Source: Candidatus Zixiibacteriota bacterium (GTDB taxonomy: Bacteria > RBG-13-66-14 > B26-G2 > WVWN01). From it: a stretch of 64,000 nt of DNA. The stretch lies in assembly GCA_011773985.1 (NCBI GenBank), contig WVWN01000078.1, forward strand, positions 39,151 through 103,150. Reading direction: 5' to 3'. Shown here one piece after another: positions 53,555 to 62,352 of the stretch (position 1 is the stretch's first letter; every line of letters begins with the position of its first letter). The notes beneath the pieces are model-generated. The model made no database searches. It worked only from the letters and a program-made list of their open reading frames with translations, and was not told the DNA's origin. The translations under genes were made by a program, and so were the position numbers.

Positions 53555-54727
53555 TTAGGTTAATACCGCGCCCACCAGCCGGTGCAGCAGCGAGCGGCGC
53601 AGCTCGACGGCGTCGTAGGCGCAGGCCTCGTGGCAGCAGTAGCACCGGATGCAGAGCTTCTCGTCGACGTACGATTTGTCGTTTATAACGCTTATCGCGC
53701 CGACGGGGCAGCTCTCGCGGCACAGCGCGCAGCCGGTGCAGCGCTCGCGTCGCACGCGCGGCTGGACCGAGAGGCCGTCGCGAAGGAGGTTCGTCATAAA
53801 ACGTTGGAAGGGCCCGGCGTTCGCGAAGCCGCCTTCCTCGATAATCGTCGGCGGCCACTTCCAATCTTTAATTAAAAGAGTCTCGAGAGTCGGCCCGACG
53901 ACGTTCAAGTCTTCCGGACGATTGGGTTTTTCGTCTCGGCGCGCGGCCACCCGTACCACCGGGTGCCGTTCCGGCGCGAGGCCCGTTATCGCGCCCGCGG
54001 CGACGTCCAACGCGAGGGCGGAGGGGCTGGCCATTATAAGGCCCACCTTTCTCGCGTCGCCAAGGCCGGGGCCGTTGCCCTCCATTGCCAACACCGCCTC
54101 CATAACGTTGAGAACCGGTTTAACGAAGAAAGCGACGTCGAGGAGGACGTCGGCGAAGTTGTCCACCGTCCGCATCCGCGCGTGGTAACCGGGTTTGTCG
54201 AAACCCGGGAGGACGCCGAACAGGTTTTTGACCGCCCCGGTCAAAATAGTGAAGGCGTGGGTTTTGAGTTTACACAGATTAATTACCGCGTCCGCCTCGA
54301 GGACCGGCGTTATCACGTTAAACCTTTTCGCTACCCGCGCGTCCTCGACGCGTACCGTTTGCGACGACGTGTCGTAATTCAGCTCGAGGCCTACTTCGTC
54401 CGCGAGGTTGAGGTAGCCGGACCGGCGGTAACACTTCTCAAGGGTCCTTTTGGTATAGGGGAGGCCCGAGCCCGGGCTGTCGGCTAGGAGGGGAGTTGCG
54501 CCCGCGGCCCGGGTCGCTCGCGCCACGGCCTTGACGACCGAGGGATGAGTAGTCACGGTTTGTTCCGGCCGGGCGCCCCTGAGCAGGTTTACCTTGAGGA
54601 CGACGCGCCGGCCGGGTTCGAGTAGTTTGCGGAAGCCCCCGAGCTGGCGGAAGGCTTCCTCGAGCGCGACGGCGACGTCCGCGTCGTCGTACGAAGGGCA
54701 ACGTGCGATAACGACCTTATTGTTCAT
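53555..54727 (-). CDS. DUF362-domain protein with a C-terminal 2x[4Fe-4S] ferredoxin domain
   Basis: DUF362-like core (VVLKVNLL...THPSVVKAVA...). C-terminal CTGCALCRESCP and CIRCYCCHEAC. 390 aa. Confidence 0.6.
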   Translation of the reverse strand: MNNKVVIARCPSYDDADVAVALEEAFRQLGGFRKLLEPGRRVVLKVNLLRGARPEQTVTTHPSVVKAVARATRAAGATPLLADSPGSGLPYTKRTLEKCYRRSGYLNLADEVGLELNYDTSSQTVRVEDARVAKRFNVITPVLEADAVINLCKLKTHAFTILTGAVKNLFGVLPGFDKPGYHARMRTVDNFADVLLDVAFFVKPVLNVMEAVLAMEGNGPGLGDARKVGLIMASPSALALDVAAGAITGLAPERHPVVRVAARRDEKPNRPEDLNVVGPTLETLLIKDWKWPPTIIEEGGFANAGPFQRFMTNLLRDGLSVQPRVRRERCTGCALCRESCPVGAISVINDKSYVDEKLCIRCYCCHEACAYDAVELRRSLLHRLVGAVLT

Positions 54728-55280
54728 CGCCCGCGGGTTTTACTATTTCGTCAAATCGGAGGGAGGCGAGAGAGGCACGCGGCCGCGCCGCCGGATCTTC
54801 CGCGGGATAACCCAGCGTCATCAGGCATACCAGGGCGTAGCCGTCGGGGACCGACAGCACGGCGCGGACCGCCTCCTCGTCGTAGTTGTTTATCCAGCAA
54901 GTCCCGAGGCCTTCGGCGGTGGCGGCGAGCGTGACATAGGCTGCGGCGATGGCGACATTGTAACGAACGTACATGTCCCAGGTCCAACTGCCGCGGGTCC
55001 GCGCGTCTGGCGCGGGCGCGCCCTCGAACGCGAGGTAACCGAGGAAAGCGAGGGTAACCGGTGCCTGGGCTATGAAGTGGTTGTGGGGTGCCGCGGCCGC
55101 GGCCAATGCCCGCCGGCGGCTGCCGTCGCGGACGACGACGAAGCGCCAGGGTTGGCGGTTGTGCCCCGAGGGAGCGAGCCGTCCCGCGTTTAGGATCCGT
55201 TGCAGGGCGTCTTCGGGTACTGTATCTGGGCGGTATTTCCGAACAGAACGGCGCCCGGTAATCGCGTCGTAAACGTCCAC
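54717..55280 (-). CDS. nitroreductase family protein
   Basis: ITGRRSVRKYRPDTVPEDALQRILNAGRLAPSGHNRQPW is the nitroreductase FMN-binding N-terminus. 187 aa. Confidence 0.7.
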   Translation of the reverse strand: MDVYDAITGRRSVRKYRPDTVPEDALQRILNAGRLAPSGHNRQPWRFVVVRDGSRRRALAAAAAPHNHFIAQAPVTLAFLGYLAFEGAPAPDARTRGSWTWDMYVRYNVAIAAAYVTLAATAEGLGTCWINNYDEEAVRAVLSVPDGYALVCLMTLGYPAEDPAARPRASLASLRFDEIVKPAGDEQ

Positions 55281-55449
55281 GGTGGGTTTACCTCGTTTAT
55301 TTTTCGCTATTATAGGGTTAAAATGGCCTTAAGTAAAGGCCGCGGGCCGTTAAGATTTAGCTTGATATTTTTCGTACGATAATATATAAAGAAGGTAGTT
55401 GGCGTCACGCCCTCGACATTCGCAGGGGTTAAGATAAGGAGGTATCACG

Positions 55450-56100
55450 ATGAGAAACGTGCTGATGTTGTTGTCGGCGCTCGTCATAACCGCGGCGGCG
55501 GTCGCGGTCGCGACGGGGAACGAACACGAGGTAGGCGGCCCGCCTGCTAAGGGGCACAAAATCCCATTCTGGTCGGAGAAGCCGGCGATGCGATTTCAAT
55601 GTATGTGGCTACAATCTGAGATAGGCGAAAAGGGTCGCGTCGTCAAGATCGAGTTCAGTTTTAAACAGTACGTGGGGACGCCGCCGTCCACGTTTACGGG
55701 CTGCAAGATACGCTTGTGCCATACCACGGTCAATAAAATCGCGGCCAATTTTAAAAGTAATTACGGCGGAAAGTCGCCGGTCGAAGTCTTCAGCGGCAAG
55801 TTTGTGGTACCCGCGGGCCTTAAGGAGAACGACTGGGTCATGGTGGTTGCGCCGAAGGCTTTCACTTTCAACAATACGAACAATTTGTTGATGGAGGTGG
55901 TCTGGACCGGCGCGAGCGGTGCCGCGGAGGACCGCTTCTGGATAGCAGATGCGGACCAACCCGGACGGGTTAGGGCGTTCAGCGCTACGGCCGTAACCGG
56001 TACGGTTTTGGCGAACCAGGGCCAGGTGGCCAGGATCACGATCGGTAGCCCGGCGGTCGAGCCTAATAGTCTGGGCAGGGTCAGGGCTCTTTTCAGATAA
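55450..56100 (+). CDS. secreted protein of the SLG[RK]V[KR]ALF C-terminal-tail family (intact member)
   Basis: Signal peptide MRNVLMLLSALVITAAAVAVATG. Beta-rich body. C-terminus ...AVEPNSLGRVRALFR. Followed by a strong terminator. Confidence 0.55.
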   Translation: MRNVLMLLSALVITAAAVAVATGNEHEVGGPPAKGHKIPFWSEKPAMRFQCMWLQSEIGEKGRVVKIEFSFKQYVGTPPSTFTGCKIRLCHTTVNKIAANFKSNYGGKSPVEVFSGKFVVPAGLKENDWVMVVAPKAFTFNNTNNLLMEVVWTGASGAAEDRFWIADADQPGRVRAFSATAVTGTVLANQGQVARITIGSPAVEPNSLGRVRALFR

Positions 56101-56123
56101 TGACGCGCCCTAAGAAACTCAAA

Positions 56124-56158
56124 ACGCCCCTCGGCCGAGGGGCGTTTTCCGTTTTATT
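56124..56158 (+). terminator. rho-independent terminator
   Basis: ACGCCCCTCGGCCGAGGGGCGT perfect hairpin followed by TTTCCGTTTTATTT. Confidence 0.7.
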
Positions 56159-56195
56159 TCACGGCCGAGCGGTTACCTTCGCCTTGGGTTCGGTT

Positions 56196-57165
56196 TTACC
56201 GTCGGCCCGAGTTCGGTCGACGTCCCCGGCCCAATAATAGGCGCCCGCGCCGTTCGCGCGGGCCTGCGGCTATGAGGCCCCACGCTAGGCTGACGGGAAC
56301 GAGGGTCATACCGGCGAAAGGTGAATAATGGGTTAAGCCGCCGAAACGCCGGATGACGGCGCTAAAACGGCTCACGAGGTCCGAGATTGGCCAACCCGCT
56401 TCCGGCGGGTTCCGTACGTAAGGTACTGCCACCGCGCTCACCTGGACGGCAGTGCCGAATTCGACTAAGTTCCAAATTAACCACGGCGCCGCCAGTACTA
56501 CGCCCGTTATAACGAACGGTGCGAAGAGTCGTATTTTGCGTCGCCGGTATAAATAGTAGAAGGCTACTATGCCGACGGCGAGCGTATAGTAGATCGTGTC
56601 GCTCCGCGCGAGATTCGTTAAAGCACGTAGAGCTCCCAGCAGCGCGATATCGCCGAGACGCCAACGGTCCTGTTCTAATACGCGAGTGAGTTGCCAGGTC
56701 ACGAGTGCGACCAGCGTTAGGCCCAAGGCTACCTCGAGGCCGCACACGGCGCGCGCGATGACCGTGGGCGCGGCGGCGTAACAAGCCGCGCCGAGTAACG
56801 CGCCGCCCCGCGAGTCCGAAAGTAAAAGGCCGACGCGATAGATAATATGGGTGGTTACCACGTCGAGCAGACCGTTAGATATTATGACTATCCTTATCGG
56901 AAGGTCGGGGTCCACCCCTTTGAGCCAGAACACCGGCGTAGTCAGGTACGCCTATAACGGGTGGAAGCCGTTGGTCAGGTTAATTCCGTCCAACGTAGGG
57001 CCGAGGCCGGGGCCTATGTTCGTCGCGATCTGGAAATAGTAATACGAATCGTCGGGGATAATATGTTGGATGAGGATTTTTTAGGACAGGAACGCGACCG
57101 CTAGGCGAGGCAGCGCGCCTAAAGCCAAAATCGCGGTTAAGACGGCTTTGCCGGATTTCGTTCCC
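56196..57165 (-). pseudogene. membrane glycosyltransferase-like gene (DDSYYY...NGFHPL motif) interrupted by three in-frame stop codons
   Basis: One continuous minus-strand frame reads ...KAVLTAILALGALPRLAVAFLS-TAA-KILIQHIIPDDSYYYFQIATNIGPGLGPTLDGINLTNGFHPL-TAG-AYLTTPVFWLKGVD..., continuing as listed ORF 56196..56933 (multi-transmembrane). A further in-frame TAG lies upstream at about 57164. Confidence 0.5.
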
Positions 57166-57244
57166 TGGTTCGTCTAGCCGGCCCAGGGCGCGGTCCCAGG
57201 TTCCGGTGCCGCTCTCGGCGCGGGCGAACCCGCCGTTAACCGGC

Positions 57245-57775
57245 CTAAAACGCCACCAAGTCCTGGAACCATTCTTTTCCCCGGACCGAGGCGAAATCGG
57301 CGTCAGTCGCGGCTTTCGGTTTGGCTTTGGGGTCGAGCTCGAGCGCGCGGCGGAGATGCGCCTCGCACTCTTTTTCGTTACCTTCCAACGCCCAGTAGCA
57401 GGCGAAATTGTAGTGGGTCAAGTGCTCCTCGGGCGCGAGTTCGACACCGCGTCGGTGATTTTCGAGCGCCTCCCCGGAGCGGCCCGCGCGGTGGAGGGCC
57501 GAGCCTTTCGCGGTGTAGGCCAACGCGAAGTCAGGTTTTTTTCTTATGACCTCTTCGCAGACGGCGACGGCTTCCTCGGCGCGGCCGAGCATCGTTAGGG
57601 CGTTCGCCTTCGCGGTATGAATGCGCGGGTATTCTGGGTCCGCGGCGATGGCCTCCTCAAAAGCAGCCAAGGCTTCTTCGAAACGGTTGGCGTTGAATAG
57701 TTGGCGGCCGCGCTGGAAGTGGACCTGGGCGCGAAGGTGGGCCGTGTCTTTGGGTTTTTCCGCTTCCCCTTTCAT
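57245..57775 (-). CDS. small TPR-like protein (tandem paralog 1)
   Basis: Likely start MKGEAEKPKD at ATG 57775 (ATGA overlap with the upstream paralog's stop). TPR-like repeats. Shared motif YNFACYWALEGNEKECEAHLRRALELDP...WFQDLVAF. Confidence 0.5.
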   Translation of the reverse strand: MKGEAEKPKDTAHLRAQVHFQRGRQLFNANRFEEALAAFEEAIAADPEYPRIHTAKANALTMLGRAEEAVAVCEEVIRKKPDFALAYTAKGSALHRAGRSGEALENHRRGVELAPEEHLTHYNFACYWALEGNEKECEAHLRRALELDPKAKPKAATDADFASVRGKEWFQDLVAF

Positions 57776-58305
57776 TTGAGAGCCACCAATTTTTGGAACC
57801 ACGGTTTTTCGCGAAAGGGAACGAAGTCCTCGTCGACGGTGGCCGTGGCCTTGGATTGAGGGTCGAGCTCGAGCGCGCGGCTTAGGTATCGGCGGCACTT
57901 CTCTTCGTCGCCCTCGACGGCCCAGAAGCAGGCGAAGTTATAGTAGATGCGCGGTTCGTCCGGCGAGAGAGCGATCGCCCGGCCGAAGTCGGCTTCGGCC
58001 TCCGCCCGCCGTCCCAGGTCTTGAAATATCGAGGCGCGGGCCGCGTAGGCGAGCCCGGCATGCGCGTCGCCCGCGATGGCGCGCGCCGCGGAGGCTAAGG
58101 CTTCGTTGGGGCGTCCTAGCCGTTTCAACGCGTACGCGCGAGCGATTTCCGCACGTAGGAAACTCTCGTCTTGGCGGAGGGATTCGTCGAATGCGGCGAG
58201 CGCTTCGGCGAACTTGCGGTTTCGGAAGAGCGCCCGGCCGCGTTCGAAATGCACTTCGGCGCGGAAGCGTTTTAGCTCCTCCCGTTCGGCGTTAGAACGT
58301 CCCAA
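57772..58305 (-). CDS. small TPR-like protein (tandem paralog 2)
   Basis: 177 aa. Same architecture and motifs as 57245..57775 (YYNFACFWAVEGDEEKCRRYLSRALELDP...WFQKLVALK). Confidence 0.5.
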   Translation of the reverse strand: MGRSNAEREELKRFRAEVHFERGRALFRNRKFAEALAAFDESLRQDESFLRAEIARAYALKRLGRPNEALASAARAIAGDAHAGLAYAARASIFQDLGRRAEAEADFGRAIALSPDEPRIYYNFACFWAVEGDEEKCRRYLSRALELDPQSKATATVDEDFVPFREKPWFQKLVALK

Positions 58306-58948
58306 GCGCCTCCCTTTCGCCCGATGGTAAGGTCACTACGCTGGGATGTTTACGTACTTAACCGCGGCGGCTCCGGCCGTGTTAACGTCATTCGCACCCG
58401 GCGCCCAGTTCGCGCTATGACGGCACGTCCCACCACGGGCCCGGTCCGAAGGGGACTTCGGCGTCGTGTCCGGACGTTTGGCCGGGTCGGCGGCAAGGGC
58501 ACCGGCGAGATTCCGGGCGACGATGACGCCGTCCTCGGACTGCGCGGCTAAGGCGCCGCACGCCGCGTCGCCCGTCTTGCCCCGGAGCGGGCCCGCTTCG
58601 GCCGAGATTTTTGTGAATTGGTGGGCTATTTCGCCGACCGCCTGTTGCAGCTCGTCGCGGGCCGAATTTCCCGCCGAGTTTTTTAAAGGTAGCCGTTAAT
58701 ATTTTCCGTAACTGCGAACGGGTCGGCGCGGTAGCCCACGGCCGGGCTGACCGCGGGCGGCCCTTTAGGGCCGCCGTCAGCGACTATCGCGGTATAGGCA
58801 CAAAGCCCTAATAGCGCAAGAGGAGCGCATTGGACGGCCGTCGCGCCGCCGCGTAACCCTTGATCATATCTTATAATAACCTATAATTTGCCGCGTTCGC
58901 AACTAAAAAGGCGAACTCTATCCGGGTTCTTGTTTTCGCGGATAATTT

Positions 58949-59962
58949 TTGTTAGCATTAATTTTGAGTTTCGGATGGCCTACTTTGAAGGTTTTGGTGA
59001 CAGGGGCAAACGGTTTTATCGGCAGCCATCTCGTCGAGGCGCTTCTCGAGCGGGGCGATGAGGTACGCTGTCTATTACGACCGACGAGTAACCGCCGTTG
59101 GCTCGAGGGCCTGGATTACGAAGAGGTCGCAGGGGCCCTCGACGATGGGGGGTCTTTGGCCCGCGCCGTGGCGGGCGTGGACGTGGTCTATCATAGCGCG
59201 GGCGTGACCAAGGCGCGCAAGGCCGATATGTTATACAGGGTCAACGCGGAAGGGACCGCGAACCTTGCGGACGCCTGCCTCGGGCGGGAGACGCCGCCGC
59301 TCTTCGTATACGTCTCAAGCCAGGCCGCCGCGGGCCCCTGTCGCGCGGGGGACGCGCTTCGCGAAACGGAGGCGTGCGACCCCGTTAGCCATTACGGCCG
59401 AAGCAAACTCGAGGGCGAGCGCGCTTTGGGAAAACGCGCCGCCCAGATACCTTTCGTGATCCTTCGGCCTTCGGCCATCTACGGCCCGCGCGATACGGAG
59501 ATGTATTTGTTTTTCAAATTTATAAAAAGAGGTATCGAGCCGACGTTAGGGTGGGACGAGCGGTACGTGAGCCTTTGCTACATAAGCGACCTGGTGGACG
59601 CGTTGCTCCTGGCGGGCCGAGTGGAGAAGGCCCGGGGCGAAGTATACTTCATAGCTCACGACGAGGTATGGGATTGGCGCGGGATATCGAGGCAGGCCGC
59701 GGCGGCTTTGGGGGTTAGAACCTTCCCGGTCCGCATACCCAAGGTGGTACTCTTCGGCGCGGCGACGGTGGCGGAACTGGCCGCGACGTTGTCGGGGAAG
59801 GTTGCCACCCTTAACCGCGAGCGTGCCCGCATTATGTGCGAGGAGCTCTGGGTGTGCGACGTAAGCAAGGCGAGAGACGAGTTAAATTTTGCGCCCCGCG
59901 TGGGATTCGCCGAGGGCGCGAAGTTGACGACGGCGTGGTACCGCGAACAAGGGTGGTTGTGA
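58949..59962 (+). CDS. NAD-dependent epimerase/dehydratase (SDR) family protein; candidate ceramide/3-ketosphinganine reductase (CerR-like)
   Basis: KVLVTGANGFIGSHLVEAL Rossmann motif. Extended-SDR layout, about 325 aa. Start uncertain: TTG at 58949, TTG at 58985 (giving LKVLVTG) or GTG at 58997. Ends 4 nt before the spt-like gene. Confidence 0.6.
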   Translation: MLALILSFGWPTLKVLVTGANGFIGSHLVEALLERGDEVRCLLRPTSNRRWLEGLDYEEVAGALDDGGSLARAVAGVDVVYHSAGVTKARKADMLYRVNAEGTANLADACLGRETPPLFVYVSSQAAAGPCRAGDALRETEACDPVSHYGRSKLEGERALGKRAAQIPFVILRPSAIYGPRDTEMYLFFKFIKRGIEPTLGWDERYVSLCYISDLVDALLLAGRVEKARGEVYFIAHDEVWDWRGISRQAAAALGVRTFPVRIPKVVLFGAATVAELAATLSGKVATLNRERARIMCEELWVCDVSKARDELNFAPRVGFAEGAKLTTAWYREQGWL

Positions 59963-59966
59963 GAAT

Positions 59967-61190
59967 ATGACCGAGTTACGATCTGGTCGGCCCGATATTT
60001 TCGAGAAGTGCGAGAAATTTACGGCGGCGAAAGCCGCGATGGCCGCCGGGGTCTATCCTTACTTTCACGTCATCGAGTCGGGGCAGGACCCCGAGGTTAT
60101 GGTCGAGGGGCGCCGGATGATCATGGTGGGGTCGAACAATTATCTGGGTTTGACCTCCCACCCCAAGCTTAAAGAGGCGGCGATCAAAGCGACGCAGGAG
60201 TTCGGCGTCGGTTGCGTTGGCTCGAGGTTCTTGAACGGTACGCTCACCGTACATATCGAGCTGGAGCGCCGGCTAGCGAAGTTCTGTCGTAAGGAAGCGG
60301 CGCTCGTCTTTTCCACCGGTATGCAAACGAACTTGGGCGCGATATCCGCCTTGGCCGGTAAACGCGACGTCATCGTGACCGACAAGTACGACCACGCCAG
60401 CATCATCGACGGTTGCCGGTTGAGCTTCGGCCATATGAAGCGTTTCCGCCATAACGACATGCACGACCTGGAGCGCGTTCTCCAGTCCCCCGCCGACGGC
60501 GGCGGCGCCATTATCGCCGTGGACGGCGTTTTCAGCATGGAGGGCGACGTTTGCAATTTGCCCGCCATCGTCGAGCTGGCGAAGAAGTACGGGGCCCGCG
60601 TCCTGGTAGACGACGCCCACGGCATCGGCGTACTCGGCTCGCGCGGCGCGGGCGTAGCCGACCATTTCGGCCTTGAGGATGCCGTAGACATAATCATCGG
60701 CACGTTCAGCAAGTCCTTCGCCTGCGTCGGCGGCTTCGTCGCTTCCTCCGAGACCGTGTGTCACTATCTCAAACATTTCGCGCGTTCGATGATATTCTCC
60801 GCCAGCCTGCCGCCGGCCAACGTGGCCTCCGTCACCGCGGCGCTGGACATCATCGAGAACGAGCCCGAGCGGCGCGAGCGCCTGAAAGAGGTAGCCGAGA
60901 AGATGCGCCGCGGCCTGCAGGGCCTCGGCTACGATACCGGCGAGAGCACGACGCCCATTATCCCGGTCATCGTAGGCGACGACCTCACGGCGCGGACGAT
61001 GTGGCGGAAGCTCTTCGACGCCGGGATATTCACGACGCCCATAATGACGCCCGCGGTCCCGGAGAACCGCGCGCTCATCCGCCTTAGTTGTATGGCGACC
61101 CATACCGACGAGCACGTCGAGAGGGTTGTCGAGGCGTTCGAGAAGGCCGGCCGCGAGATGGGCATCATCGGGGGGTGGTCCCTGGCGTGA
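59967..61190 (+). CDS. serine palmitoyltransferase-like alpha-oxoamine synthase (PLP-dependent)
   Basis: GSNNYLGL, HASIIDG, and PLP-lysine motif GTFSKSFACVGGF (the Spt-type GTFSKS, distinct from BioF GTLSKA and Kbl GTLGKA). 407 aa. Confidence 0.75.
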   Translation: MTELRSGRPDIFEKCEKFTAAKAAMAAGVYPYFHVIESGQDPEVMVEGRRMIMVGSNNYLGLTSHPKLKEAAIKATQEFGVGCVGSRFLNGTLTVHIELERRLAKFCRKEAALVFSTGMQTNLGAISALAGKRDVIVTDKYDHASIIDGCRLSFGHMKRFRHNDMHDLERVLQSPADGGGAIIAVDGVFSMEGDVCNLPAIVELAKKYGARVLVDDAHGIGVLGSRGAGVADHFGLEDAVDIIIGTFSKSFACVGGFVASSETVCHYLKHFARSMIFSASLPPANVASVTAALDIIENEPERRERLKEVAEKMRRGLQGLGYDTGESTTPIIPVIVGDDLTARTMWRKLFDAGIFTTPIMTPAVPENRALIRLSCMATHTDEHVERVVEAFEKAGREMGIIGGWSLA

Positions 61191-62299
61191 TCACGGTCGA
61201 CGAGGTTACGTCGAAAAGGGCCCTGGCGGATTTTGTAGATTTCCCGTACCGTTTATATCGCGACGACGCCAATTGGGTCCCGCCGCTCAAGCGCGACGTG
61301 CGGTTTACCTTCGGCCGCCGGAATCCGTTCTGGCACCACGCCGAGCGGGCGCTTTTTATCGCCCGGCGGGAAGGCGGCGTCGTGGGTCGCGTGGCCGCGA
61401 TAAAGGACTACGAGTACGTAGAATTCGCGGGCGAGCCGTGCGGTTACTTCGGCTTCTTCGAGGCCGAGAACGACGGGGACGTCGCGGCCGCGCTCTGGGA
61501 TGCCGCGGGGGCCTGGCTCCGTTCCAAAGAATTAACGGCCATGCGTGGCCCGATGAACCCGTCGACCAACGAGGAGTGCGCGTTCCTGGTGGAGGGGTTC
61601 GACCGGCCCCCCTTCATTATGATGACCCACAACCCGCCGTACTACGCGGCGCTCGCGGAGGGGTACGGCTTTCGGAAGGCGCGGGACTTGTTTGCGTTTT
61701 TGGCGTCGGTATCGCCCGCGCGGCTCGAGCGCCTCGAGCGCCTCGCGGCCCGCACGCAGGCGCGCAACCCCGGCCTCGCCGTCCGCCACGTCAACGTCGC
61801 CGATTTCGCGCGCGAGGTCCAGCTCGTCCGCGAGATTTACAATCGGGCCTGGGAGGACAACTGGGGCTTCGTGCCGGCGACGCGTGAGGAGTTCGAGAGT
61901 ACGGCGAAGCGGCTCAAGTCGCTCGTAGTCCCGGAGCTGGTTCCCATAGTTACGGTCGACGGCGACCCTGCGGGTTTCATCTTTACGGTCCCCAATTACA
62001 ACGAGGTCCTGATAAAGATGGGCGGGAGCTTGGGTCCGGTGAGCCTCTTCAAATTCTTAAAGGGTAAGCGCAAGATAAGGAGCTGCCGTCTTATGTTGTT
62101 CGGCATCTGCCCGGAGTACCGCAAGCGCGGCGTCGACGCGGTGCTCATAACGTCAAACCTCCGGGCCACGCTCGCGTTGGGCTACGAGAAAGCCGAATGC
62201 TCGTGGGTGCTCGAGGACAACGAGCTCACGAAGCGCGCCGCGGCGATGATGGGTGCGCGGCCGTACAAGAGGTATAGGATTTACGAGAAGAAGATTTAG
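61186..62299 (+). CDS. GNAT-fold N-acyltransferase, candidate bacterial ceramide synthase (bCerS-like)
   Basis: Likely GTG start at 61186 inside the GTGA that overlaps the spt-like stop. About 370 aa. C-terminal GNAT acyl-CoA motif LFGICPEYRKRGVDAVL. The six-frame ORF starts 33 codons upstream with R-rich out-of-context residues. Confidence 0.5.
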
Positions 62300-62352
62300 C
62301 CTCGGCAGGGCGGTTTCGCCGGATAGGAGACGGCGGCCGGGGGCCGCCGATT

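Noticed and set aside
58340-58700. About 112-codon open frame on the minus strand, ...DELQQAVGEIAHQFTKISAEAGPLRGKTGDAACGALAAQSEDGVIVARNLAGALAADPAKRPDTTP..., in the 640-nt gap between the TPR genes and the ceramide-like operon.
   Set aside because: It is protein-like in composition, but there is no ATG/GTG/TTG anywhere in the frame, no RBS, and no recognisable motif. It may be a further gene remnant, but I cannot support calling it.
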